Shown here: positions 19,833 to 29,484 of the stretch, piece by piece
How the letters are laid out: every line of letters begins with the position of its first letter
Numbering within the stretch: the first letter of the stretch is position 1
Origin: an uncultured Candidatus Saccharibacteria bacterium
Lineage (GTDB): Bacteria; Patescibacteriota; Saccharimonadia; Saccharimonadales; Saccharimonadaceae
Assembly: GCA_964450025.1 (NCBI GenBank)
Contig: CAYVCA010000001.1
Location: 1-54,378, forward strand
Direction: 5' to 3'
DNA: 54,378 nt
Position numbers and translations under genes: made by a program
The notes under the pieces: model-generated
Database searches by the model: none
What the model saw: only the letters and a program-made list of their open reading frames with translations
Told to the model about the DNA's origin: nothing

Positions 19833-20504
19833 GTGAAAATAACTAGTATTTCAGCTCAACAGAATAGTCAGAACAGAGTAAATATTAGTGTTGATGGTAA
19901 GTATCGACTTAGTCTAGATATTGCACAGGTTGGAGATTTGGGCATTAGGGTAGGCGATGACATCAGCGAGCCACAACTAGTTACTCTAGAAGAAGAAAGT
20001 AGTTTCGGCAAACTATACATACGGGCACTTGAGTACGCACTCATAAGGCCTCGTAGCCAGAAGGAGATGAGAGATTATTTATGGCGTAAAACACTCTCCC
20101 AGAAGTTGCGCGTCAGGTCGCGATCTAGGTCCAGCACGGGGCAGTATGAAATTATTGAGAAGCCAGGCTTCAGCCAAGAGGTGACTGAACGGGTATATCA
20201 GCGTCTAGTTGAGAAGGGATATATAGACGATGAACGCTTTGCTAGGTTTTGGATAGAAAACCGCAATCAAACCAAGGGGTCAAGCTTATATAAGCTCCGC
20301 CAAGAACTTGCCCTAAAGGGCGTGGAGCGAGAGCTTGTAGATCAGCTGATTTCAGCGAGTGCTCGCTCAGACAAAGAAGAGCTTCAGAAGGTGATAGCTA
20401 AAAAGAGGGCAAAATATGCCAATTCTCAGAGATTCGTACAGTACCTACAGAGACAGGGTTTTTCGTATGAAGATATTACCAAAGCTCTTGAGGTTGACGA
20501 TTAG
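19833..20504 (+). CDS. recX: regulatory protein RecX
   Basis: follows recA; RPRSQKEM, GYIDDERFA, LALKGV, YLQRQGFSY. Confidence 0.9.
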   Translation: MKITSISAQQNSQNRVNISVDGKYRLSLDIAQVGDLGIRVGDDISEPQLVTLEEESSFGKLYIRALEYALIRPRSQKEMRDYLWRKTLSQKLRVRSRSRSSTGQYEIIEKPGFSQEVTERVYQRLVEKGYIDDERFARFWIENRNQTKGSSLYKLRQELALKGVERELVDQLISASARSDKEELQKVIAKKRAKYANSQRFVQYLQRQGFSYEDITKALEVDD

Positions 20505-21082
20505 TGATTATCGGCCGCGCTTGGCTGGGTAGGCTGTGGTTTTCTGAAGGGATTTTCGATAGCCTGTGCGGGCTGAGCTATAGGTTGAGTTTGTCGGATT
20601 TTAGCGGATTTAACAACAACCTTGCTATGGTCTATGTGTGTAATTTGAGATCGATGTATCAGTAGCTCAGTATCTCCAAAACTCTGAATAAGAGGTCGCT
20701 TGACACGCAGCTGTTGAATGACAAAACTGCTCGACTCCAGAGTATAGCCGACCACTCGGCCAACCCTCTGTCGTCGTTCATCAATAACCTTGATGTTATC
20801 CAGTGAAAATTCTTCTTCGTAGATATTCTTTACTCGAACTACATCACTAGGACTGATCAGCTCATCAACAGAATCTATAATTATACCCATTGGGCCAACC
20901 TCGCGAATATCGGATACAAGCAGGAGGCTAGGTGTCTGGTCAAGCAGGGCGCCAGTGAGTTCGTACGCAACAACCTCTAGGGTGCGTGGATTTATTATGG
21001 CATGAGATATCCTGGCTAGCTCTGACCCAACCTGGAGGCTCATGACAGGCAGGTTTACAAACTTACTGTCGTGTACAAGCAT
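20501..21082 (-). CDS. PRC-barrel domain protein
   Basis: two PRC-like halves (LPVMSL..II.P..L.V.A and KVIDE...VGRV..Y). Confidence 0.65.
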   Translation of the reverse strand: MLVHDSKFVNLPVMSLQVGSELARISHAIINPRTLEVVAYELTGALLDQTPSLLLVSDIREVGPMGIIIDSVDELISPSDVVRVKNIYEEEFSLDNIKVIDERRQRVGRVVGYTLESSSFVIQQLRVKRPLIQSFGDTELLIHRSQITHIDHSKVVVKSAKIRQTQPIAQPAQAIENPFRKPQPTQPSAADNH

Positions 21083-21115
21083 GGCATTTTAATTATATCA
21101 TAGAACACGGGTCTG

Positions 21116-21406
21116 CTATTCTGAAAACGGATCCACTCTGCCATCTGGGAACACCAGCTCGCCACCACTATCGGCGGATGTGTTGAGGCTCTTGATTCGA
21201 TCGATGGTTGCTTCATCAAAGATGGCACCGCTCGCCTGAGATGATGTATTGTCGTTGCCGCTCTCAGCTAGCATCAATTGGTTCAGGAGAAATACCGCCA
21301 CCGATACGCCCAAGACAACAGTTAGGGTGAACAGTATCAGATGGTATCTCTTAAAAAATGTTAATATTAAGCCACTGATCTGATCGACCGAGACAGAGTT
21401 TTTCAT
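21116..21406 (-). CDS. small single-TM protein at the end of the pilMNO operon
   Basis: one TM; C-terminal GRVDPF; overlaps pilO. Confidence 0.65.
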   Translation of the reverse strand: MKNSVSVDQISGLILTFFKRYHLILFTLTVVLGVSVAVFLLNQLMLAESGNDNTSSQASGAIFDEATIDRIKSLNTSADSGGELVFPDGRVDPFSE

Positions 21407-22023
21407 TTAACATATACCTCAACTTGTAGTGATTGTGATTTCATTTCGTCATTACCCCCAGCAGAGAGGGATAGCCCGCTGACTTGCATACGCGTTAGAT
21501 TCTGTTCGATCAAATGAACGAATTGCAATAGTGACCTGTAGGTGATGTCGCCGCGGAGTTCTATGGACACCATGACGCTGTTGATTTTTGCGGATGAATT
21601 TCCACCACCGCTACTCGTATCGCCGCCACCCTGACCGTTGGTTGGCTGGTCAGGGCTAGCGCTGTCAGCGAACGAGAAGGAGGAGATAGTTAATCCAGTT
21701 TTGGCTGCATATGCAGACAGGTCTTTTATGATCTGATCCTGGTATTGATAGCTCGTTGATTCAGCAACAATTTGTCCAGCTCTCTTGACGGCGACGGCAT
21801 GGTCTTCGAGTTGAGATTGCGTGCGCATCAACTCCTGAGTCTTTGTTTCGCTGGCCAGGGACTCGGCTTCGATTGAGATCGTCTCCCTGGCAACCCCTTG
21901 CAGGTAGGAGAGTATGAAGTAAAAGCCAATACCGATACCTAACAATAGAAGAGTCAGAGTTGCGAACAGGACAGTGCGCATACTTGTGGCAGTTAGGGGG
22001 GGCTTTTTTAAGGAGCCGCTCAT
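21403..22023 (-). CDS. pilO: PilO-like type IV pilus assembly protein
   Basis: TM plus coiled coil plus Y..LLQFVHLIEQ..RM; position after pilN. Confidence 0.7.
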   Translation of the reverse strand: MSGSLKKPPLTATSMRTVLFATLTLLLLGIGIGFYFILSYLQGVARETISIEAESLASETKTQELMRTQSQLEDHAVAVKRAGQIVAESTSYQYQDQIIKDLSAYAAKTGLTISSFSFADSASPDQPTNGQGGGDTSSGGGNSSAKINSVMVSIELRGDITYRSLLQFVHLIEQNLTRMQVSGLSLSAGGNDEMKSQSLQVEVYVK

Positions 22024-22580
22024 GATTTTAAGACCTCTGGACTTATAGTGACGCTAATAGTAATGGCGACAGGATGTTCTGAGGGGGCATCATCAGCTGT
22101 AGATATGGTTAGTATGTGAACATCTTCGAATATCGACGATGCAGAAAGCTCAGACTTTAGGCGCAAGGCGTCATCCTGACTCTTGGCATGGGTAACCAGA
22201 GTTATCGGAGCGCCAAAGGATTGAGGGTTAAGCTCAAGCGACTGCAGGACAATACCTCTTGGAAGGGATTGGGCGATCTTGATGGCTATACTGGTGTAGC
22301 GCACCTCCTTGTCGAGAATAGTCTTAGCCACTGATAGGTTGTTTTTGAATTCGGCAGCAGCCTGTTCAGTGCTGGAATACTGTGCGTTCCTCGCGCTGCT
22401 CTCTGAGATGGATGTTTTTGCAGTGTTCTGAATGTTCAGCATGTTGAGGTAAAACGCTATACTGATGACAGATAGAAGTACCGCCAGCAGAAGGGTGGCA
22501 AAGTTGTAGCGCGCCAGGAGAACATTGGATTGGCCGGCAAGTATCTGTCGTTTCTTGTCTGGGGGCAGTAAGTTAATCAT
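22020..22580 (-). CDS. pilN: PilN type IV pilus assembly protein
   Basis: MINLLP N-terminal motif, TM, position after pilM. Confidence 0.85.
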   Translation of the reverse strand: MINLLPPDKKRQILAGQSNVLLARYNFATLLLAVLLSVISIAFYLNMLNIQNTAKTSISESSARNAQYSSTEQAAAEFKNNLSVAKTILDKEVRYTSIAIKIAQSLPRGIVLQSLELNPQSFGAPITLVTHAKSQDDALRLKSELSASSIFEDVHILTISTADDAPSEHPVAITISVTISPEVLKS

Positions 22581-23647
22581 AGCCAGATCCTTTCAGGTTT
22601 CACCAGCGATAGTCCTGCGGCCGTCATGAACTGGGATCTGAGCTGCTTGGCTGGAGGTGTTAAGTTACCAAAATCTAGGGACTGCCATGGACTGGCGACA
22701 CGGGCGGGCATGACGAGCTCGTTGGTAAAGAAGTCGCCGAGTCCCGGGATGCCACTGCCACTGCCGACCACAAGTACCTGTTCAAGTTTTCGCTCCTCTG
22801 GAAACCTATCGACATAGAATCGCATAACTTTTGTCGTCTCGTTGACGATTCTCATTAAGCTTGGTCGAAGGGCCGCGGTCATCTTGGCTTGTCTGGGGCC
22901 TGCATTTAGACCGGTCAGTGATTTTAGCTGATGAGCATTCTCTAGGGGGATGTTCAAGTGTTTAGCTATGTCGAGAGTCAATGTATTGTTGCCAATATTC
23001 AAGCTCCCGGCAAGGCGAATGGCGCCATCAAAAATGGCAATATCCGTGCCGGTAGGATTGATGTCTATGATGACCGTAGGCAGGTTACCGCTCTCGTTGG
23101 CCACCTCCAGGAGTCGAGAGATTGCGTTTATACTCGGCTCGATGACAGCCACATCGAGGCCAACACTTTGGGCTACCGACAATAGGGCGTCTATATACTG
23201 CTTAGGCACAGCGCACATTAATACGGTCATTTCCTTGCTCGTGCGATTGATTATTTGATGATCCATATATAGGCTCTCTGGAGGTATTGGTATGTACTGC
23301 TCAGCTTCTAGGGTGACGGCGTTTTTAGTGTCTTGCGGTTTGGCTCCCGGCAAGCTAAAGGTTCTAGTGAATGTTTTGGCCGTAGGTATCCCCACTACCG
23401 CTCTTCTGCCGTCTATCCTGCCAATGACGCCACTGTTGAACAGCTCCTTTATCCGACTCGTTAGATATTCACTGCTCTCGGTGGAGTCATCTTTTGTCTT
23501 TTCGGGGTCCAGATCGACTGAGCTGTATCCGTGGACTAGGAGCTTAGTGGGGTCGATAGACATGGCCCTTGCGCTGGTGCGATTAATATCAAGACCGATA
23601 ATCGGTTTGTTTCTATAAAAAACACTAGTACCACTATTCATTTGCAT
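22577..23647 (-). CDS. pilM: PilM type IV pilus assembly protein
   Basis: IGLDI, EAEQYIP, IIDI..T and GSGS actin-like fold motifs. Confidence 0.88.
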   Translation of the reverse strand: MQMNSGTSVFYRNKPIIGLDINRTSARAMSIDPTKLLVHGYSSVDLDPEKTKDDSTESSEYLTSRIKELFNSGVIGRIDGRRAVVGIPTAKTFTRTFSLPGAKPQDTKNAVTLEAEQYIPIPPESLYMDHQIINRTSKEMTVLMCAVPKQYIDALLSVAQSVGLDVAVIEPSINAISRLLEVANESGNLPTVIIDINPTGTDIAIFDGAIRLAGSLNIGNNTLTLDIAKHLNIPLENAHQLKSLTGLNAGPRQAKMTAALRPSLMRIVNETTKVMRFYVDRFPEERKLEQVLVVGSGSGIPGLGDFFTNELVMPARVASPWQSLDFGNLTPPAKQLRSQFMTAAGLSLVKPERIWL

Positions 23648-23694
23648 AACTATCTAATTAAATTATAGCATAGGCGCGTTGGCGATAGCCAGAG

Positions 23695-24924
23695 CTATCC
23701 TTTGATTTGATTGGCTATTCCGGTGATTGGCAGCATAACACTGGCTGCTATAACCGCCACCATGCCACCCATGAAAACGATCATAACAGGCTCAATCGTT
23801 GAGCTGATGCCGGCGATTGCCGTATCAACCTCTTCTTCATAGAAATCGGCCACCTTAACTAGTACCTTATCGGTGCTTCCGGTCTCTTCGCCTACAGAAA
23901 GCATTTGTGCCACAATCGGCGGGTACAGGCTTCCGTCTTCTCCGATAACCTTTGATAACAGCTCACCATTTTTTACGCGGTTAGCTGCTTGCTCAAGTGA
24001 ATCCTGGTACATTTTGTTGCCAACAGCACGAGCTGTGATGTCAAGGGCCTCTAGTACGGCGACTCCCGCCCCGACTAGGGCAGAGAAAGTTCTTGTAAAG
24101 CGGGCAATGGCTATCTTTTTGGTGATTGGGCCGAGAATCGGCGCTTTAACTTGAAATTGATGGAAAGCATTTTTGCCACTTGGGGTCTTGATATACCGCA
24201 GAAGTAGCCATGCGCCGATAAACATTACGGGGAATATGATATACCAGTAATCGACGAAAAAATTACTAATTGCTATCATAACCTGAGTGATGGCTGGAAG
24301 TTCCGCGTCCTCGCCTGCGAGTTCCTTGATAGTTTCGCCTATCATAGGGAGTACGAATAGCATTAGGCCAAAGAACGCTCCTATTGTGATGACGACTAAT
24401 ACTATTGGATAGGCCATGGCACTCTTGACCTTTTTGCGTATCGAAGCGTTTTTTTCTTGTTGAAGAGCAAGCCTCTTTAGGATGTCGTCCAGTATACCGG
24501 CTGCTTCACCAGCTCGAACCATGTTGACATAGACATCGTTAAATATATCAGGATGGTGAGCAAGGGAATCGGCGAAAGGCTCACCCCCCTCAATGCGTTT
24601 TGATACATCTAGAATAGCCTCCTTGAAGGAGGGGTTAACGGCATGTTCTGCCATTGATGTTAGGGATCGAAGAATGGGTACGCCCGCCGAAATCATGGCA
24701 CTAAGCTGTCTGGTGAACATAACCACATCGTCCGACTTTACTCTCCTGCGATGACCAATTTTGAGACTAGAGACCGCCTTGCTAGAGGACTGTTCCTGAA
24801 GGTTAACTGGTCGCATTCCCTGAGACTTAAGACTAGCTATGGCGCTCATTCGGTCTGACGCCTCAAGCGAGCTGGTAACAGTACTGCCGTCTGACTTAGT
24901 AGCGGTAAAGGTAAACCTCGTCAT
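23695..24924 (-). CDS. pilC: type IV pilus platform protein PilC (GspF family)
   Basis: FTRQL..AGVP, AGEAAG.L, AMAYP, VGEETG, EPVMI. Confidence 0.93.
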   Translation of the reverse strand: MTRFTFTATKSDGSTVTSSLEASDRMSAIASLKSQGMRPVNLQEQSSSKAVSSLKIGHRRRVKSDDVVMFTRQLSAMISAGVPILRSLTSMAEHAVNPSFKEAILDVSKRIEGGEPFADSLAHHPDIFNDVYVNMVRAGEAAGILDDILKRLALQQEKNASIRKKVKSAMAYPIVLVVITIGAFFGLMLFVLPMIGETIKELAGEDAELPAITQVMIAISNFFVDYWYIIFPVMFIGAWLLLRYIKTPSGKNAFHQFQVKAPILGPITKKIAIARFTRTFSALVGAGVAVLEALDITARAVGNKMYQDSLEQAANRVKNGELLSKVIGEDGSLYPPIVAQMLSVGEETGSTDKVLVKVADFYEEEVDTAIAGISSTIEPVMIVFMGGMVAVIAASVMLPITGIANQIKG

Positions 24925-26720
24925 TATTGCTCCCTTGTTACCCTTAGAACTTCTTCGACAGTGGTGACGCCGCGAAGGGCCTTGATTAAGCCGTCAGTCT
25001 GCATTGTCAACATACCCTCGTTAATCGCCTCCGTCTGAATGTCATTGCTGGTTGCATTGGCCATGATGTGCTTCTGGACAGGTATTGATATGTCCAGAAC
25101 CTCGTATATACCTATTCGCCCCTTGAATCCAGTGTGGCTGCACTCATCACAGCCTTTGGGGTTGGCCCTCCAGAGATGTTTTACCTCTGTTTCGGTTGTG
25201 CTAATCTCCGCATTGCCGCCAATCTTTTCATCAGCAGCCTGCACCTCAAGAGCGTGTAGGTGCGACATTGGCATACTGGTGTCAATTGAAAACAGCCTGG
25301 TTAGCGATTCGGTTTCGGACGTATCGGGGATATGTTTTTCCCTGCAGAAGCTACAAAGCCTTCGCACAAGCCTCTGTCCGACCACCGCCTTGACGGTCGA
25401 AGCAATTAGAAAGGGCTCTATGTCCATGTCTAGTAAGCGAGGCAGGCAGGTTGCGGCGTTATTGGTGTGCAGAGTTGAAAATACCAGGTGACCAGTCAGG
25501 GCTGCCTGGACGCCTAGGTTGGCAGTCTCGCCGTCACGGATCTCTCCAACCATGATAATATTGGGGTCCTGGCGGAGAAGGGCTCTAAGTCCTGAGGCGA
25601 AAGTCATGCCAGCTTTAGGATTAGTTTGAGTTTGGTTGACGCCTGGAATTTTATACTCTACGGGATCTTCGATGGTTGAAATGTTGACATCTGGTGTGTT
25701 GAGCTCGGACAGGATACTAAAGAGACTGGTTGACTTACCAGACCCAGTTGGTCCAGTCACTAGAATCATACCATTAGGTTGAGCCATCGCCTCTTTGATA
25801 ACAGACAATGATTTACCCCAGTAGCCTAGACTGTCAAGCCTAACTGCTTGATTTGACTCGTCAAGGATACGCATGACGACTTTCTCTCCATCTGCCACCG
25901 GGAGGGTGCTGACACGCAGGGCATAGTGTTTTCCTGACACTTTGATCTTGAATCGTCCATCCTGAGGCACCCGCCGCTCATCGATCTTGAGATTAGCCAT
26001 GATCTTGATGCGACTAACCAGGGCGCCAAGGACATTCCTTGGTAGCTTATTAACCTCCTTTAAAACACCATCAATTCTGTAGCGAACCTGGATGTAATCC
26101 TCTCGTGGTTCGATATGTATATCGCTAGCCAGTGATCTGACAGCATATTCTATGAGGAGGTCAACTGTTTGTGCGGTTGGTGAGTTCTCTGCAAAATCCT
26201 CTTCCGTCGTCGCAGGGGCTTTGTCCTCTTCGGCGCTTTGCTGGGTGGCTATTACTTCATCGAGTTCCTCGTTGATTTCTCCACGATAGCCTTCAAGACA
26301 ATCAAGTATATTGCTTTTTGTCGCTATGAATATCTTAAGACTGTAGCCAATTTCTTTTTGAATAAAGTTCAGAGCCTGGACATCGTCAGGATCCTCCATG
26401 GCCATGCTCAAGGTTCCAGATTCGTCTTCGTCAAACAGCACTAGGGTGTACTGTCGGGCTATGTGTTCTGGCACCCTAAGGAGCGTATCCTTCGGTATTT
26501 TCTTGGGATCGATATTTACGAAAGGAACGCCCATGTAAGAGCCAATTGCCTCAGTTAGCTCGCGTTCACTAAGTATTTTTTGAACAACAACCAATGCCTG
26601 CAATGATTTATGCGATCGTTCGGCCTCCAATTTTAAGTCAGCAAGCTGGTCGTCATTGACACTCCCACCCTGCTTTAAGATTTTTTCGATAATATCATCA
26701 GAAATTCGCATACTTCTCAT
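24924..26720 (-). CDS. pilB: type IV pilus extension ATPase PilB (GspE family)
   Basis: ASDIHIEP, GPTGSGKST, LRQDPNIIMVGEIRD, tetracysteine motif. Confidence 0.95.
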   Translation of the reverse strand: MRSMRISDDIIEKILKQGGSVNDDQLADLKLEAERSHKSLQALVVVQKILSERELTEAIGSYMGVPFVNIDPKKIPKDTLLRVPEHIARQYTLVLFDEDESGTLSMAMEDPDDVQALNFIQKEIGYSLKIFIATKSNILDCLEGYRGEINEELDEVIATQQSAEEDKAPATTEEDFAENSPTAQTVDLLIEYAVRSLASDIHIEPREDYIQVRYRIDGVLKEVNKLPRNVLGALVSRIKIMANLKIDERRVPQDGRFKIKVSGKHYALRVSTLPVADGEKVVMRILDESNQAVRLDSLGYWGKSLSVIKEAMAQPNGMILVTGPTGSGKSTSLFSILSELNTPDVNISTIEDPVEYKIPGVNQTQTNPKAGMTFASGLRALLRQDPNIIMVGEIRDGETANLGVQAALTGHLVFSTLHTNNAATCLPRLLDMDIEPFLIASTVKAVVGQRLVRRLCSFCREKHIPDTSETESLTRLFSIDTSMPMSHLHALEVQAADEKIGGNAEISTTETEVKHLWRANPKGCDECSHTGFKGRIGIYEVLDISIPVQKHIMANATSNDIQTEAINEGMLTMQTDGLIKALRGVTTVEEVLRVTREQ

Positions 26721-26775
26721 GCTTTATTATACAGCAATAAGGAGTAATTGGCCATATGGTACAATAAAAGTAATT

Positions 26776-27234
26776 ATGAACATCCAGATAGGTAGTGATG
26801 AGGAGATGGTTTTAATCGGCCAGACCGTGGGCAGGAGATTACGGGATAGCCAAGTGATCGAGCTAATAGGTGATGTGGGGGCGGGGAAGACAACCTTCAC
26901 CAAGGGGTTGGCTAGTGGCATGGGGATTACAGACACAGTACAGAGTCCAACCTTTACGCTGAGCAGGGTTTACAAGGCTAGTGACGATATGGAGTTGCGC
27001 CACTATGACTTTTATAGAGTAAACGAAGCTGGCGTCATGGGGTATGAGATCGATGAAGCTTCATCTGGTGATAAAGTGGTTGTTGTGGTTGAATGGTCCA
27101 GTGTCGTCGAGGGGTTGTTGCCGAGTGATCGCTTGCAAGTTCACATCGAAGCTGTTAGTGAGACAGGGCGGAGTCTTCGATTCGTGCCAACAGGACCGCG
27201 CTCTAGGGCTATTGTTGAGGGGTTGCAGGAATGA
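26776..27234 (+). CDS. tsaE: t6A biosynthesis ATPase TsaE
   Basis: GDVGAGKTTF, VQSPTF, HYDFYR, VEW. Confidence 0.93.
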   Translation: MNIQIGSDEEMVLIGQTVGRRLRDSQVIELIGDVGAGKTTFTKGLASGMGITDTVQSPTFTLSRVYKASDDMELRHYDFYRVNEAGVMGYEIDEASSGDKVVVVVEWSSVVEGLLPSDRLQVHIEAVSETGRSLRFVPTGPRSRAIVEGLQE

Positions 27235-27617
27235 TTTTATTAATAGATACATCCTCGCCAGTACTCTGTATAACACTGATAATTAATGGTGATACCAGAG
27301 AGTATGAATGGGAGGCCGGTCGTCAATTGTCGCGACACATATTGGGTTATTTGACTGACAGACTGAAAGAAAATGATGCGGACATCCAGGACATCAAGGG
27401 CATCGGAGTGTTGCGTGGGCCAGGCAGTTTCACGGGACTGAGAATAGGGCTGTCGGTAGCTAACGCACTGGCTGATGGTCTGAAAATACCAATAGTAGGC
27501 GAGAGCGGCGACTCTTGGCGAGAGCAGGCGCTGGCTGGGCTGGATAGTGGACGAAATGATAAGATGGTCCTACCCCTATATGGCTCCGAGGCGCATATCA
27601 CTCAGCCAGCAGGGTGA
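27231..27617 (+). CDS. tsaB: t6A biosynthesis protein TsaB (short form)
   Basis: LLIDTS and GPGSFTGLRIG motifs. Confidence 0.9.
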   Translation: MILLIDTSSPVLCITLIINGDTREYEWEAGRQLSRHILGYLTDRLKENDADIQDIKGIGVLRGPGSFTGLRIGLSVANALADGLKIPIVGESGDSWREQALAGLDSGRNDKMVLPLYGSEAHITQPAG

Positions 27618-27774
27618 AGTGAACGCAAGGTTATATAGAATAGTTGGAGATTATGGTACACTAGTATTGGTCCGTTTTGTGCGGCTCTGATGAATATTTT
27701 AATACAATTGACGCCTCTGATAATGATTTTAGTATGATGAATGCGCACTAGGGGCGCTCGAGAAAGGGAGTAGA

Positions 27775-29265
27775 ATGATAGAGATTATATTAGCCGTGGC
27801 AGTCGGGGCTACTGTTGGTGTGGGCGGGTTTGTTGGATATCAACGAACTAAGCAGGCTAGCAGCAAGAATAAAATAGACAGAGACATCGCTGCCGCCAAG
27901 AGCAAGGCTAGTGATATTGTGCTCAAGGCTAAAGATGAGGCGATTAAGCTTGAGGATGAGCGGCGCAAGGAGTGGAAAAAGACAGAAGCACGCCTGTCTG
28001 ACCGAGAGCTGTCCCTCGATCGAAAACTAGATGAATTAGACAAACGGTCCGAAAAGATGCGTTTACAGGAAGACGAGCTTGAGTCGCTCAAGACAGAGAT
28101 TCGTGATATTCGTTCGCGTCAGCAAGAAAAATTAGAAAAGATTGCTGGACTAAAGAAAAAAGACGCTGCTGAAAAATTGATGCAAATGACCGAGAAGGAT
28201 ATCAGAGACGACCTTACGGTATTGGTGTCAAAATTACAACAGGAAGCCGTTGATGATGCTGAAGAGCGGGCACAGCTAATCCTATTGACCGCCATGGAGC
28301 GCATGAGTAGCGATGTAACTGCTGAGCGCACGGTCACCGCAGTCAAGCTGGCCGATGAAGAAATGAAGGGCCGAATTATCGGTAAAGAAGGCCGCAATAT
28401 TCAAGCTCTGCAGAGAGCGACTGGTGTTGACATTATGGTTGATGACACCCCTGGCATGATCATTCTGTCTAGTTTTGACCCTGTTCGTCGACAGGTAGCG
28501 AGGATCGCGCTAGAAATGTTGATGAAGGATGGACGAATTCATCCGGCTCGGATTGAAGAGGTGGTCGCTAAGGCGCAGAAACAGATCGATAAAGAGGTCA
28601 AGCAGGCTGGTGAGGACGCTATGCGTGAAACTGGTGTGGTTGGTATTCCTAAAGAAATGCTCCAGCTGCTTGGTGAGTTAAAGTTCCGCACCTCTTTTGG
28701 TCAGAATGTTCTGAAGCACAGTACAGAGATGGCGTCTATGGCGGGCATGATTGCTGAGGAGATTGGCGCAGATGTCAGAATAACCAAGATTGCTACACTG
28801 CTTCATGATATCGGCAAGGCTGTAACGCATAAGATTGAAGGTAAGCACCATCATATTGGTGCGGAGCTGGCGCGCAAATACGGCATGGACGAGCGGATCG
28901 TTCATGCTATTGAGGCCCATCACGATGATATTGATGCGACGACCCCAGAGGCGCTGATTGTCAGGGTTTGTGACGCCGCCTCAGCGGCTCGTCCTGGTGC
29001 ACGAAATGTTTCAGCCGAAAACTTTGCTGAGCGAATGCGCGACCTTGAAAATGTCGCGACTAGCTTTAGTGGTGTTGATAAGGCATATGCTATCTCGGCT
29101 GGTCGTGAAGTGCGAATCATCGTTAACAACCAATCAGTTGATGATCTTTCGGCCATTAAACTGGCCCGCGATATCGCTACCAAAATTGAGAGCACTATGC
29201 AATATCCAGGCACTATAAAGGTAAATGTCATTCGTGAAACTCGCGCCATTGAGTTCGCCAAGTAG
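27775..29265 (+). CDS. rny: ribonuclease Y
   Basis: N-terminal TM, coiled coil, KH domain (KGRIIGKEGRNI), HD domain (LLHDIGK). Confidence 0.96.
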   Translation: MIEIILAVAVGATVGVGGFVGYQRTKQASSKNKIDRDIAAAKSKASDIVLKAKDEAIKLEDERRKEWKKTEARLSDRELSLDRKLDELDKRSEKMRLQEDELESLKTEIRDIRSRQQEKLEKIAGLKKKDAAEKLMQMTEKDIRDDLTVLVSKLQQEAVDDAEERAQLILLTAMERMSSDVTAERTVTAVKLADEEMKGRIIGKEGRNIQALQRATGVDIMVDDTPGMIILSSFDPVRRQVARIALEMLMKDGRIHPARIEEVVAKAQKQIDKEVKQAGEDAMRETGVVGIPKEMLQLLGELKFRTSFGQNVLKHSTEMASMAGMIAEEIGADVRITKIATLLHDIGKAVTHKIEGKHHHIGAELARKYGMDERIVHAIEAHHDDIDATTPEALIVRVCDAASAARPGARNVSAENFAERMRDLENVATSFSGVDKAYAISAGREVRIIVNNQSVDDLSAIKLARDIATKIESTMQYPGTIKVNVIRETRAIEFAK

Positions 29266-29283
29266 TAGCTGACTTTAATTATC

Positions 29284-29325
29284 ACCAAGTAAAAACCTGC
29301 CTAGATAAGCAGGTTTTTACTTGGT
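29284..29325. terminator. bidirectional terminator between rny and tRNA-Pro
   Basis: accaagtaaaaacctgc / gcaggtttttacttggt perfect inverted repeat. Confidence 0.75.
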
Positions 29326-29397
29326 CGGGGTGAAAGGACTCGAACCTTCGGCCTCACGGTCCCAAACCGCGCGCGCTACCAACTGCGCCACACCCCG
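29322..29397 (-). tRNA. tRNA-Pro(TGG)
   Basis: CGGGGTG/CACCCCG acceptor stem, TTTGGGA loop, CCA. Confidence 0.96.
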
Positions 29398-29484
29398 ATA
29401 GGTGTTTACTAATCGGATTATACACCAGTGAGTACTGTTTTACCAGTGGTATTAAATTCGTTTTTTTAAGGTATAATTAAAAGA

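Noticed and set aside
27618-27774. Riboswitch or structured leader upstream of rny
   Set aside because: Only weak pairing (GACGCCTCT/AGGGGCGCTC) and no recognisable family; cannot be supported by eye.
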